Virus record (IMG/VR): IMGVR_UViG_3300021964_000093
Coordinates: 1 to 53,611 of that record
Strand: one strand, 5' to 3'
Length of the DNA: 53,611 nucleotides
Source: a virus
Taxonomy: Duplodnaviria > Caudoviricetes
In this document: positions 19,471 through 29,498 of the stretch, in pieces
Position numbering within the stretch: the first letter of the stretch is position 1
How the letters are laid out: each line of letters starts with the position of its first letter
Program-made: the position numbers and the translations under genes
The notes under the pieces: generated by a model
The model's input: only the letters and a program-made list of their open reading frames with translations
What the model was told of the DNA's origin: nothing
The model's database searches: none

Positions 19471-21312
19471 TTAAGAAACCGATAGATTACTTGCAGGGTT
19501 AGTTGTTACTACTTCGCCTGTAAATTCTTCGGTTGCAGTTGTTTTTCCAGGTGTATATCCTCCAAATCCTAAGGCAGCTGTTTGAGTTCCTGCTGATCCT
19601 AAACTTCTTCTAGCAGTAGCAGCTGAAGGCCGTGTAGACCAAGATGTTCCGTCATATCCTTCTGTTGTGGTAACAACACTTGCTGTAGTTGGAAAAGCAC
19701 CCATAAAAGATAACGCAGCTGTTTGAGTTCCAGCGCCTCCCTGATTTGTTTTTGGTCCTATTAAATTTCCACCTGCTGCCCACGTTCCTGAATTATATTC
19801 AGCTGTTGTATTAACACCTGATGGTCCATTACCACCAAAAATTATTGCTGCCGTTTGTGATCCTGCACCAGGTGTTTGAAAAGTACTAAATGGCACACTT
19901 GCAACTGTTGTCCAAGAACTTCCATCCCATTCTTCTGTTGCAGTGTTTGGTGCTATTCCAGCCATAGCTAAAGAAGATGTTTGAGTTCCTGCTCCAGCAG
20001 AACCATATCTAGGAGTATTCATATCTGTTTGTTCAGACCAAGTTGAACCATCCCAATATTCGTGACGTGCTGATACTGGTTCTCCACCAAATACAGAACC
20101 TGCACCACTCGGGGACAATTTACTTGATCCTGCAAAATTTGTAGAAGTATTTGTTGATGCTATGTTTGTCCAAGTTGCACCATTATATTCTTCAGCTGCA
20201 TTTGTAAATCTTCCTGTAGCAGGTGGATAAGTATCTCCATTTGCTGCTATTGCGGCTGTTTGAGCACCAAAACCTGTAAGTCCAAATCTAGAAGTATTTA
20301 AAGCACCACCACTCGACCAAGCTGCGGGAGTAACGGTAGTTGATCCGAAATTGTATTCTTCTGTGTTAGCTAAACTATCTGGAGCATTTCTTCCTCCCAT
20401 TGCAACAGCAGCAGTGTTATTTGCTCCAGCTCCAGATATAGCATATCTTCCAGTAGCTAATGTTGCGGGTGAAGTAGACCAGTTTGTTCCATCCCAAGTT
20501 TCAGTTGCACCTGTTCCTGTTCCAGGAGCTGGTGCTGTTGTTAGTCCTCCCATTATAATTCCACTAGTAGAAGTTCCTGCTCCACCTAACCCAGATCCTC
20601 TTGATGTATTTAAATCATTAACTTCTGACCAAGTAGAACCATTATATAATTCTGTTTCACCTCCGACTGTTGGAGTACTAGGGTTTCCTCCTGCAGCAAT
20701 TGCAGCAGTTTGTATTCCAAAACCTGCTAAATATTTTCTAGCAGTATTCATAGAGCCACCAGCTGTCCAAGAGGTACCATCATATTCTTCAGTAGCAGAA
20801 CTAATTGGAGGATTTCCTCCAAAAGCTAACCCAGCAGTTTGTGTTCCTGCTCCAGCTAATCCATAACGAGCAGTTCCTAAATTATTACCTGCAGTCCAAG
20901 TTGATCCATCATATTCTTCTGATTCATTTCTTGCTCCAGCAGGGGGGCTAAAAAAACCTCCAAAAACAAGTCCAGCAGTTGTATTTCCACAACCTGCTAA
21001 ATATGATCTTGCTTGATTAAGATCTGCTTTTGCAGAAAAACCTGATCCATTATATTCTTCAGTTTTTGCTGATGATCCGCCTCCAGCAGGTCTTCCACCT
21101 ACAGTTAATGCAGAAGTTTGAGTTCCAAAACCCGCTGCAAAAGCCATTGCATTTATTCTATTAGAACCACTTATCCAAGCAGCAGAACCAATCCCCTGCA
21201 CACGCAAGTTGCCTGTAGTACTGTTATACCATACCTGTCCATCTTCTGGATTCGCAGGATCTGCTGATAAGTATTTAACTCTCAGCCCTCGTAGTTCGTT
21301 GTACCCAGCCAT
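19471..21312 (-). CDS. Kelch-repeat tail fibre/receptor-binding protein (12 repeats)
   Basis: Repeats of GTQTAxLxFGG...TEEYDGxxW; N-terminal DPxNPxxGQVWYN anchor. Confidence 0.75.
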   Translation of the reverse strand: MAGYNELRGLRVKYLSADPANPEDGQVWYNSTTGNLRVQGIGSAAWISGSNRINAMAFAAGFGTQTSALTVGGRPAGGGSSAKTEEYNGSGFSAKADLNQARSYLAGCGNTTAGLVFGGFFSPPAGARNESEEYDGSTWTAGNNLGTARYGLAGAGTQTAGLAFGGNPPISSATEEYDGTSWTAGGSMNTARKYLAGFGIQTAAIAAGGNPSTPTVGGETELYNGSTWSEVNDLNTSRGSGLGGAGTSTSGIIMGGLTTAPAPGTGTGATETWDGTNWSTSPATLATGRYAISGAGANNTAAVAMGGRNAPDSLANTEEYNFGSTTVTPAAWSSGGALNTSRFGLTGFGAQTAAIAANGDTYPPATGRFTNAAEEYNGATWTNIASTNTSTNFAGSSKLSPSGAGSVFGGEPVSARHEYWDGSTWSEQTDMNTPRYGSAGAGTQTSSLAMAGIAPNTATEEWDGSSWTTVASVPFSTFQTPGAGSQTAAIIFGGNGPSGVNTTAEYNSGTWAAGGNLIGPKTNQGGAGTQTAALSFMGAFPTTASVVTTTEGYDGTSWSTRPSAATARRSLGSAGTQTAALGFGGYTPGKTTATEEFTGEVVTTNPASNLSVS

Positions 21313-21324
21313 TATAAAAATTCC

Positions 21325-21615
21325 TTAAGGAAGAGTTATTTGAGTTGGTCTAGGATTCATATCGGTTTTTTGCTCTTCAGGTAAAGCATCCCACGCAGCT
21401 TGTGCCTCTGCAACTTTTGCATCGACAATCGCTTGAGCTTCTGCTTTAGTCTTTTCAACACCGTTCTTTTCAGCCAACCAGTAAGCACCTTTTTCATTGT
21501 TACCAATGACCCAGACGTCTCCTGGAAAACCTCTAAGATGAAAAGCTCTTCTGTCTTCAGCTGTGAAGAAACCTTTTCCTGTGTTAGTAGCAGTACCATA
21601 TATAAATAGTGCCAT
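21325..21615 (-). CDS. hypothetical protein, possible fibre chaperone
   Basis: 96 aa between fibre genes; SD AAGGAGG. Confidence 0.6.
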   Translation of the reverse strand: MALFIYGTATNTGKGFFTAEDRRAFHLRGFPGDVWVIGNNEKGAYWLAEKNGVEKTKAEAQAIVDAKVAEAQAAWDALPEEQKTDMNPRPTQITLP

Positions 21616-21662
21616 AGTTTAGTCCTCCTTATTTATTGTTATATACTTAATTTGTATCATTA

Positions 21663-23507
21663 TCAACTCGTTGTTATTGTTTTTAAGTTTAAGGCTGTTG
21701 TTTCGCCAGTAAATTCTTCTACACTATTTACTACTGGATTTATACCACCTGTAGCTATTGCATTTGTGCTTCCGCCTGATCCAGCTCTGTTTCTTTTAGA
21801 AATCGCTAGACTAGGTCTAGTTGACCAACTAGTTCCATCATAACCTTCCATAGTATTACTATCCGCAGTAGTATATCCAGCAAATAATAATGCATCATCT
21901 TTAGAATCTCCTCCACCAGATTGAGATCTTTTAGCTGTAATTAAATTACCTACTTCTGTCCAAGATGTACCATCAAAAGTTTCAGTGTTAGCTGTTACTG
22001 CACCAGGAGGAGATACACCACCCATAACTATCCCAGCTATAGTTGTTCCAGTACCAGCACTATAATACCTACCCGTACTTAAATTATTTTTTGCTGTCCA
22101 AGATGTGCCATCATAAGTTGCAGAATAATCTGTGTCACCACTTCCACCCGCTATCACTCCAGCAGTTAGTGTTCCAAAACCTGCAGCATTATAACCAGCA
22201 GTACCAATAGAACCACCACTAGTCCAAGAAGACCCATCATATTCATAGCCAGTAGATATATTACCAGGAGGTTGAACTCCTCCAAAAGATCCTGCTGCTG
22301 TTTGAGTTCCTAATTGAGCCATCTGCATTGTTATATCTGGCATCGCTCCACCACCAGTCCACGATGTGCCATCATATTCATTTGTTGCTGCTGTTCTATT
22401 AGCACCTGAAGGAGGTGCAGTTGATCCACCAAAAACTACCGCAGCAGTTTTATTTCCAGCTGATCCAGCATACATAATATTTGTTGGATAATTACTTCCA
22501 CTCGACCACGCTGCACCTGTAATGACACTTCCTGAGAAATTGTATTCTTCGGTTGTACCTACATATGCAGGAGATGGAGTTCTGCCACCAAAAGCTAAAC
22601 CACTATTTCCATCTGTTCCTGCTCCACCTAAAGCACCTCTAGTAGTTGCTAAAGTAGCTGGTGAAGTAGACCAAGTTGTTCCATCATATTTCATTGTAGT
22701 ATTTAATCCAGGTGATCCAAAAAAAGTAGGAGTAGAGCCTCCTCCAGATAAAGCTGAAGTTTGAGTTCCCCACCCAGCCATACCTCCAGTAGATGTAGGC
22801 ATAGTATTACCAGAAGTCCAAGTTGAACCATCAAATTCTTCTGTTGCATTTGAAGCAGAAGCTGGACCATTTGGAAAACCTCCAAATCCTAAACCAGCAG
22901 TTTGAGTTCCAGCTGCTCCAATAGCAAGTCTTGCAGTATTTAAAGAGCCAGTTGATGTCCAAGTAGTTCCATCAAATTTATTTGTTGTAGTTTGACCAGG
23001 ATAAGGATTTGTTGGTGCGCCTCCAAATGCTAATCCTACTGTTTGAGTTCCTGCTGCACCTATTCCTAAATAAGATGCTGGATAATTTGTTGAAGCTGTC
23101 CAAGAAGTACCATCATATTGTTCAGTAGAATTTGTTGTTGTTGTACCTGTATAACCCCCTACAGCCACTCCTGCAGTTTGAGTTCCAAAACCACCCTTAC
23201 CATAAGGGGATCTTGTTGTATTTAAATTACCACCATTAGACCATCCTGATCCATTATATTCTTCAGTTGCTGCAACATATGGAGAAGAACCTCCAAATGC
23301 TAATCCAGCTGTTTGTGTACCATATCCTCCAATAAAACCTCTGCTTGTAGATAAAGACGATCCACTAGACCAAGCCGCTGTACCCAAAACCGTCCTAAAA
23401 GAACCCGTAGTCGTGTTATACCAAATTTGGCCCTCTGCTCCTGCATCGGTTGGATCGGAGGCTAGTGCCTTTACTGCTTTTCCAAATAATGTTTTATATT
23501 CGCTCAT
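21663..23507 (-). CDS. Kelch-repeat tail fibre/receptor-binding protein (12 repeats)
   Basis: Paralogue of 19471-21312 with the same repeat and GQIWYN anchor. Confidence 0.75.
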   Translation of the reverse strand: MSEYKTLFGKAVKALASDPTDAGAEGQIWYNTTTGSFRTVLGTAAWSSGSSLSTSRGFIGGYGTQTAGLAFGGSSPYVAATEEYNGSGWSNGGNLNTTRSPYGKGGFGTQTAGVAVGGYTGTTTTNSTEQYDGTSWTASTNYPASYLGIGAAGTQTVGLAFGGAPTNPYPGQTTTNKFDGTTWTSTGSLNTARLAIGAAGTQTAGLGFGGFPNGPASASNATEEFDGSTWTSGNTMPTSTGGMAGWGTQTSALSGGGSTPTFFGSPGLNTTMKYDGTTWSTSPATLATTRGALGGAGTDGNSGLAFGGRTPSPAYVGTTEEYNFSGSVITGAAWSSGSNYPTNIMYAGSAGNKTAAVVFGGSTAPPSGANRTAATNEYDGTSWTGGGAMPDITMQMAQLGTQTAAGSFGGVQPPGNISTGYEYDGSSWTSGGSIGTAGYNAAGFGTLTAGVIAGGSGDTDYSATYDGTSWTAKNNLSTGRYYSAGTGTTIAGIVMGGVSPPGAVTANTETFDGTSWTEVGNLITAKRSQSGGGDSKDDALLFAGYTTADSNTMEGYDGTSWSTRPSLAISKRNRAGSGGSTNAIATGGINPVVNSVEEFTGETTALNLKTITTS

Positions 23508-23513
23508 AATTTT

Positions 23514-24473
23514 TTAACTCGTTGTAAATGTTCTTGTTGTTGGTGCTGTTGTAAATTCTTCGGTTGCTGGAGTAACTGTTCCAGTATTACCTGATGCAAA
23601 TAAAGCTGATGATTGAGTACCAATAGGTCCTAAACTAGCATAATATCTTCCAGTTCCTAAATTTGGAGCTGAAGACCAAGTTGTGCCATCATAATGACTA
23701 GTAGTTACAGTTGGATTTGGGAAACCACCAAACATAGCAGCCGCTGATTGAGTTCCTGCAGATGAATGAGCATCAAAACCACTTGGAGAACTAGTAACAC
23801 TTGTCCAACTAGATCCATCATATTCTTCAGTTGTAGTTAAAACAGGACTTCCGCCATTTGCTAATGCGGCTGTAGAAGTTCCTGCACCTCTTAAACTAAA
23901 TCTAGAAGTATTTAAATTATGCCCTGTATTAGTCCAATTTGTTCCATCATATAAATTAGTTACATTAGTAGCTGCTGGAGTGCTTCCTCCAAAACTTAAA
24001 GTTGCTGTTTGTGTTCCACAAGTTCCCATATTTTTATTTTGGGTAGGTAAATCATTTTGTTCAGACCAAGAAGTTCCATTGTATTCTTCAACTAAAACTG
24101 AATATCTTGGAGCTGGGTATTGATCTCCTCCTGTTGCTAATGCTGCTGTCTGAGTTCCACTTCCACCAATATACATTCTTGCAGTTGTTAAATCTCCTAC
24201 TTCAGTCCAACTTGTTCCATCATATGTTTCAGTTGCTGCTGTAACTGGGTTTGGAAAACCACCAGCAATTAAAGCTGCAGTTTGTGTTCCTGCTCCTGCT
24301 GTTCCATATCTAGCAGTATTTACTGCTCCACCTGCTGTCCAAGCCCCTAAAATCTCTTCACCCTTCAAAACCTGACTTGTAGAATTATACCAGATCTGTC
24401 CTTCTTGAGGATTTGCTGGATCAGTTGAGGTAGACTTGATTAGGTTTCCTCTGATTTGTTTGAAGGTTGTCAT
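23514..24473 (-). CDS. Kelch-repeat tail fibre protein (6 repeats)
   Basis: Same anchor, six repeats, C-terminal TEEFT. Confidence 0.75.
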   Translation of the reverse strand: MTTFKQIRGNLIKSTSTDPANPQEGQIWYNSTSQVLKGEEILGAWTAGGAVNTARYGTAGAGTQTAALIAGGFPNPVTAATETYDGTSWTEVGDLTTARMYIGGSGTQTAALATGGDQYPAPRYSVLVEEYNGTSWSEQNDLPTQNKNMGTCGTQTATLSFGGSTPAATNVTNLYDGTNWTNTGHNLNTSRFSLRGAGTSTAALANGGSPVLTTTEEYDGSSWTSVTSSPSGFDAHSSAGTQSAAAMFGGFPNPTVTTSHYDGTTWSSAPNLGTGRYYASLGPIGTQSSALFASGNTGTVTPATEEFTTAPTTRTFTTS

Positions 24474-24484
24474 CCGACTTACCC

Positions 24485-25354
24485 TTAATTATTCTTTAGA
24501 AGCCAACCTTGAGTTCCATCAGTATATACTAATGTGAAGCCAGCTCTTTCTGTTGCTACTGTTAAATCTGCTGCGGAACCCTGAATATTTTCTGAATTTC
24601 TGCCGACTGTTAAATTATTCGTATCAAAAGTTCCTGCATAATCTACAAATGAAACTTCATCACCAATTGTAGGTGTAGCAGGAAGCGTTGCTGTAAATGC
24701 TCCAGCATTTGTATTTACAAAATAACCTTCACCGGCTACAGCTGTAAATGTAGTTGTTTTAACTGCTTGCCAATCTGTACCCGCAGCAATAGTTACTGAA
24801 GAACCAAGAGTTGCTGCAACACCATTAATTGTGATTGACTTGTTAGTAAGTTTTTCATTTGTAATATTTGCATTAGAAACTTTTACAGTTGTAACTGCAT
24901 CGGTTGCAAGTTTAGCTGCAGTGATTGTTCCATCTGCAGGAGTTGTTGGAACTTCAATTACATCTGTTCCATTTGAATATAAAATTTTATAACCTTTATC
25001 TGTTGTTGCAAAAGCAACACCTGAACCTGAACTTGTTTTAAATGTTACAGTAAATGCACCTGAAGTATTATTATAAATGTAATAAGTTTTTTCTACTGAA
25101 TCAGGAATAGTTACGTTTACGTTTGTGGTAATTGTTCCTGTTAATTCTATAACAGCATTTTTACCATTTGATAAAGCACCATTTGTATAAGTTAAAGATG
25201 CGCCTGTTGTAGCATTAAGAGCAACAGATGAATAACCACCGATTGCTTGTTCTAAAATAAGTAAGTTTGTGTTTGTAATCTGACCCCAAGTTCCTGAGTT
25301 TTCTCCAGTTGCTTGTACGGTTAGTTTTAAACTAGCTGATGTAGAATTTGCCAT
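24485..25354 (-). CDS. proximal tail fibre/adaptor protein
   Basis: GENSGTWG...TNTN N-terminus; ITAAKLA repeats; TLPATP..GD...LVYTDGTQGW C-domain common in marine phage fibres. Confidence 0.65.
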   Translation of the reverse strand: MANSTSASLKLTVQATGENSGTWGQITNTNLLILEQAIGGYSSVALNATTGASLTYTNGALSNGKNAVIELTGTITTNVNVTIPDSVEKTYYIYNNTSGAFTVTFKTSSGSGVAFATTDKGYKILYSNGTDVIEVPTTPADGTITAAKLATDAVTTVKVSNANITNEKLTNKSITINGVAATLGSSVTIAAGTDWQAVKTTTFTAVAGEGYFVNTNAGAFTATLPATPTIGDEVSFVDYAGTFDTNNLTVGRNSENIQGSAADLTVATERAGFTLVYTDGTQGWLLKNN

Positions 25355-25390
25355 ATTTTAAATTCCTTAAATTAATTCATATTATTAAAT

Positions 25391-26320
25391 TTATGCAGCA
25401 GTGTCAACTTCTGTCCATGTACTTGTAGAACCTTCGTTTACCTCTGTCCATGTAGCAGTTGAGCCTGTATTTACTGGGTTCCAGATTACAGTTTTAAGGC
25501 TTCCCTCTTGCATTGTCAAGCCAAAACCTGTCAAATCTACTACTGCATTTCCAACGATAGTTACATCGTCTTCTTGCATAGTCATTTCTTGACCAGTAAC
25601 TTCTGCTATAGATACTGCATCAACGGTACCTAAATTAGCAGATAATGCTTGACCGGTTACTGATACTGTTACATCTGTAATTGCAGTAACATCATCTTCC
25701 TGCATGGTTAAATCAAAACCAGTTACATCTACAGGAGTTAATGCATCTAAAGTAGCTGTACCTTCTGTTGCTGTTAACGCTTGTCCAGTTGGAGATATAA
25801 CTGCAGTTCCTGTTGCAGTGACACTTCCTAAATTAGCTGTAAGTTCTTCGTTTTGTACAATGATTGGTCCAACTGCAATTTCAATTGTAACATCATCTAA
25901 CGCTGCAGTCATTGCCTGACCCGTGGCTACGGCATCAGGGTCTGCATCTACATTTCCTTCTGCTGCTGTTAATGCTTGACCGGTTACATCTATTAAACTG
26001 ATATTATCAATTGTAACATTACCATCTGCAATAGTTAATGCTTGACCTATTACATCTGTATTTGCATCTGCAGTTGTTGTTACGGAATCTAAAGTAGCTG
26101 TTAAAGCTATACCTGATAAGTCAACGTTTTGACTTATAGAAATTGAAACGGATCCAATAGAAGATGTTAAAGGAAAAGATGATGATTCACCTTCATTCCA
26201 TGTGCCTTCACCAAACGCACCTTCACCCCAAGGTTTATTTTGTAAATCAACTGTAACGTCTTGAGAACCGACGTTCCATGATCCACTTCCCCATGTGTTA
26301 GAGCCCCAAGGAGCTGACAT
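25391..26320 (-). CDS. repetitive beta-rich tail protein
   Basis: WGxxxWG N-terminus; ~22-aa VTGQALTxxxGxVT repeats. Confidence 0.6.
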   Translation of the reverse strand: MSAPWGSNTWGSGSWNVGSQDVTVDLQNKPWGEGAFGEGTWNEGESSSFPLTSSIGSVSISISQNVDLSGIALTATLDSVTTTADANTDVIGQALTIADGNVTIDNISLIDVTGQALTAAEGNVDADPDAVATGQAMTAALDDVTIEIAVGPIIVQNEELTANLGSVTATGTAVISPTGQALTATEGTATLDALTPVDVTGFDLTMQEDDVTAITDVTVSVTGQALSANLGTVDAVSIAEVTGQEMTMQEDDVTIVGNAVVDLTGFGLTMQEGSLKTVIWNPVNTGSTATWTEVNEGSTSTWTEVDTAA

Positions 26321-26337
26321 ATAAACCTCCTGTTAAA

Positions 26338-26778
26338 TTAGCCGGAGATTCTTAATATAGCTGCCGTACTTGTTGGATTTGGAAACTGAATTGTGAATGT
26401 TCCAGAAGTTGCAGATTTATCTCCACCGAAATCTAAAACAGCAACCGCTGCATTAGTTACAGTAGCAGATGTATTATAAATCAATGCACCTCTAGCAGTT
26501 AAAGTCACACCAGTAAATGATAAGTTTGCAAAATCAACTCTAGCTACACCAGCAGTAATCGAAGTACCATTATTAACTAATGCTCCGCCACCTGAAGTGT
26601 ATGTTCCAGAATCACCAACTTGACCAGTTGATGTAAAAGAAGTTGTAGCAGAAGTTAAAGTTGCACCTGCGGTATAAAGAGCTAATTTAAAATTATCGCC
26701 ACCCGAACTTTTAAAGTTATGCTCACCTTCCAATAATTCTTTTTTGAAAGAATTTGCAATTGCTTGTGTTATAGCCAT
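26338..26778 (-). CDS. virion structural protein
   Basis: SFKKELL..FKLALYT..ARGALIYN..VLDFG, a recurrent phage structural pattern. Confidence 0.65.
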   Translation of the reverse strand: MAITQAIANSFKKELLEGEHNFKSSGGDNFKLALYTAGATLTSATTSFTSTGQVGDSGTYTSGGGALVNNGTSITAGVARVDFANLSFTGVTLTARGALIYNTSATVTNAAVAVLDFGGDKSATSGTFTIQFPNPTSTAAILRISG

Positions 26779-26789
26779 AGTTTATCTCC

Positions 26790-27434
26790 TTATTTACCTC
26801 CGACTCGAGGAACACCTGATTGATATTCATCTCGTCTTCTTCTTCCCATTTGTTCAATTGAGAAGCCTTCAACTACTTGTTTATACTTTCCTTCGTATAA
26901 TTGCAAGAGATCATTTGGCCCCTTTAAAAATGAAAATGCTTCTACTAAGCAAGCATATAAAAGTCCATTGGGAAAATTTTGACTTAAATATGTAGTTGTA
27001 TTACTACTCGATAAACCTTCATCTTTCAAGATATAATTTAACTGAATTTCATAGGTAGAGTCTGGTGTAGGCGCTATAACAATAGTGTCTTTATCCCACA
27101 TACTGTAATATTTCGGCTCTCCAGTAACACCTGTTGAATTATATTCTGACATATAACTTGTATCTCTATATTCTAAAAAATTTCTAGTCGATCCTGATCC
27201 ACCATCTACAATTTGAGCTGATCGAACTACTAATAATCCAGATGGAGTATTAATAAATCTTTGAGAAGTAATTAAATTTGCTGTTGCATATCTTCTGTTA
27301 TTATCAGAATCAACATCTCTTAAAATTCTAAATTCTGCATTTTCAATAAATCCATCTACAATCGTAGATGTTAATACATTTGAATCTACTTCTGTATAGT
27401 CTCTAATTTTTTGTACTAATTCTGAATAAGTCAT
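26790..27434 (-). CDS. head-tail adaptor/tail tubular A-like protein
   Basis: MTYSEL..I..Y, GEPKYY, APTPD, LLYACLVEA. Confidence 0.65.
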   Translation of the reverse strand: MTYSELVQKIRDYTEVDSNVLTSTIVDGFIENAEFRILRDVDSDNNRRYATANLITSQRFINTPSGLLVVRSAQIVDGGSGSTRNFLEYRDTSYMSEYNSTGVTGEPKYYSMWDKDTIVIAPTPDSTYEIQLNYILKDEGLSSSNTTTYLSQNFPNGLLYACLVEAFSFLKGPNDLLQLYEGKYKQVVEGFSIEQMGRRRRDEYQSGVPRVGGK

Positions 27435-27435
27435 A

Positions 27436-27987
27436 TTAAGCTGATAACGTTACTGGACCTGCAGTACAGTTATCTCCTCCTCCGTATACATCGCCTGAAG
27501 TAGCAGTATTGCTACTTACAAAATAATAATAATTAGTTGTATCTGTTATATTACCACTTGAATCTATTTTGCCAAGTATAATACTAAATCCTGATGCATT
27601 ATCTATATCACTTACATTATCAAATGTAGGTATATCCCCAAAACCAGTTGCATTACTTGGTCCTCTGAATCTAACTACATCAGAAGTTGATCTATTATGA
27701 AAAGGTTCATAAACATTTACATAAGTATTACCCGCATACTTAATTGTTTCAAATGGATTAGGATTTAATAAAATTAAAACAGCTGGTTCTGTTCTATCCG
27801 GTCTTGCAAACTGTAAACCTTGTGGATCAGCAACAGTTGGTTTAGGTTCTAATTGTGGTTGTTTAGGTTCAAATTCTGAAACATGGACTCTTGATCCATT
27901 CCATTCAACAACCATTTCTTTATATGGAAAAGCCATTCCACTTCTATCAGAAATAAATTGTGCGTATTTTCCATTTGATTTAGACAT
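27436..27987 (-). CDS. virion structural protein
   Basis: ISDRSG..FPY..EFEPKQPQL N-terminus; in connector module. Confidence 0.55.
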   Translation of the reverse strand: MSKSNGKYAQFISDRSGMAFPYKEMVVEWNGSRVHVSEFEPKQPQLEPKPTVADPQGLQFARPDRTEPAVLILLNPNPFETIKYAGNTYVNVYEPFHNRSTSDVVRFRGPSNATGFGDIPTFDNVSDIDNASGFSIILGKIDSSGNITDTTNYYYFVSSNTATSGDVYGGGDNCTAGPVTLSA

Positions 27988-28702
27988 TTGGATAATAAGT
28001 TTTTGGGGTTATAAAAGAACTAGATGAAGAACCATCTTCTTCTAATGCTCTTTTTAGTTCATCTTCATAAAGTAATTTCATTTGTTGAACAAGTTGTGGA
28101 TTAAATTTTTGTGATAAATAATATGCAAGTCCTGCTACCATACAAGGTACAAATCTATAAGGTACATCTGCTTCATTACTGTAGGCCCCGGCATCTTGGA
28201 TTCTACTTACATAATAATAGTTAATAAAGTTTCCGGCTTCAGTAGATCCTGGAGTTAAATATAAAGTGATAGTTACTTTATCTATAAATCTTTGAACAAA
28301 ATATTGTGTTGGAGTTCCTTGTTGTGTTTTAGAAGATAGACCTTGATATTCTGATCTATTAATTTTGGTTAATGAAAAATCTACACTAGAAGAATTTCTG
28401 TAACTTGCTTCTAAAATATCATCAACGCCATAAACAGCTGTTGCATCAGAAGTACCATCAGCTGTTGATCTATACATTGTATATTCTGCTTGACCGGCAA
28501 CTAATGTAATAGAATTATTTTTTACTTCCCAATAATGCAAACCTCTGTTTGCCCATTCTTGAAACATTATATTTAAAGAACGTCTTGCAGTTTTTATATC
28601 ATTACCAGAATAATCAAATCGACCTACACGTTCGTAAGCTTCAGTAATTATATCATCAATATAAAAACTTGATTCAAAAGTTGTTGTTCCAGAAGTTGCC
28701 AT
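27980..28702 (-). CDS. head-tail connector protein
   Basis: ARRSLN..EWANRG, G.PTQY, VPYRFVPC..GLAYYL. Confidence 0.65.
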   Translation of the reverse strand: MATSGTTTFESSFYIDDIITEAYERVGRFDYSGNDIKTARRSLNIMFQEWANRGLHYWEVKNNSITLVAGQAEYTMYRSTADGTSDATAVYGVDDILEASYRNSSSVDFSLTKINRSEYQGLSSKTQQGTPTQYFVQRFIDKVTITLYLTPGSTEAGNFINYYYVSRIQDAGAYSNEADVPYRFVPCMVAGLAYYLSQKFNPQLVQQMKLLYEDELKRALEEDGSSSSSFITPKTYYPNV

Positions 28703-28710
28703 CTAGACTC

Positions 28711-28992
28711 CTATTTATCAATCAATACAGTTGCTTTCGCACTTGTGATTGCACTACAAGTCATTCCACCTTTAAACAAAATTCCATCTTCAGGTATGTT
28801 AAATGAAAAAACATCTCCTGGAGGAACTTCTGCTGTGAATTGAGTTCCAGATTCATCTTGTAAAGTTACAGATCCTGTAGTTGTTTGAGTAGTTGTATTA
28901 GAAAGAATAATTCCTCTTAATCTTGTTCTACCAGCAAAAACTTGAGCTGCTCCTGTAATCTGTACCGCTTTTACATCACCTTTAGCTGCCAT
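28711..28992 (-). CDS. small virion protein
   Basis: 93 aa beta-rich; SD AAGGAG. Confidence 0.6.
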   Translation of the reverse strand: MAAKGDVKAVQITGAAQVFAGRTRLRGIILSNTTTQTTTGSVTLQDESGTQFTAEVPPGDVFSFNIPEDGILFKGGMTCSAITSAKATVLIDK

Positions 28993-29015
28993 ATTTTTCT
29001 CCTTAAAAATTTAAA

Positions 29016-29033
29016 GGAGCCCCGAAGGGCTCC
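29016..29033 (-). terminator. intrinsic terminator
   Basis: GGAGCCC-TTCG-GGGCTCC followed by TTTAAATTTT on the minus strand. Confidence 0.8.
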
Positions 29034-29041
29034 ATAATTAA

Positions 29042-29338
29042 TTATGCACCAGTTGCAATGTCTGCACCATCTTGTACTCTTTTCCAAGTAGTACCATCAG
29101 AAAATGCATAAGTAGCTGCGTTAGAAAATCCGTTAGCAACGTAAATCATAACACCATCATTGTCTACTGCACTTAAAGTTTCTCCTGATCTTGTGCCTGA
29201 TGCAATCGTAACAGTTGATGCATTAGAAACAGTCCAAGAAACTTTTCCACCTTGTTGTGTATCACCAGCGTTTTCGTTAGCACCACCAATGAAACCATTA
29301 AGTGCTACGACTGGTCCTGTGAACGTAGTATTTGCCAT
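29042..29338 (-). CDS. putative capsid decoration protein
   Basis: MANTTFTGPV start, AFSDGTTWKRV; strong SD and own terminator. Confidence 0.55.
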   Translation of the reverse strand: MANTTFTGPVVALNGFIGGANENAGDTQQGGKVSWTVSNASTVTIASGTRSGETLSAVDNDGVMIYVANGFSNAATYAFSDGTTWKRVQDGADIATGA

Positions 29339-29498
29339 AGTTATATCCTCCTAGTTATTTCTACATAGTCTCTAGGCCGTCGACTATACGCGTCTATGCA
29401 GAATTTTATGTATAGTGATTAATTTATATAATATATTTTAGAATAGTGCAAGAAATCCCTACAGGAAAAGACCAATTCCAGTAATGTATAAGTCCTAA

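Noticed and set aside
19471-24473. Diversity-generating retroelement targeting the fibres
   Set aside because: No reverse transcriptase and no TR/VR pair differing only at adenines was seen
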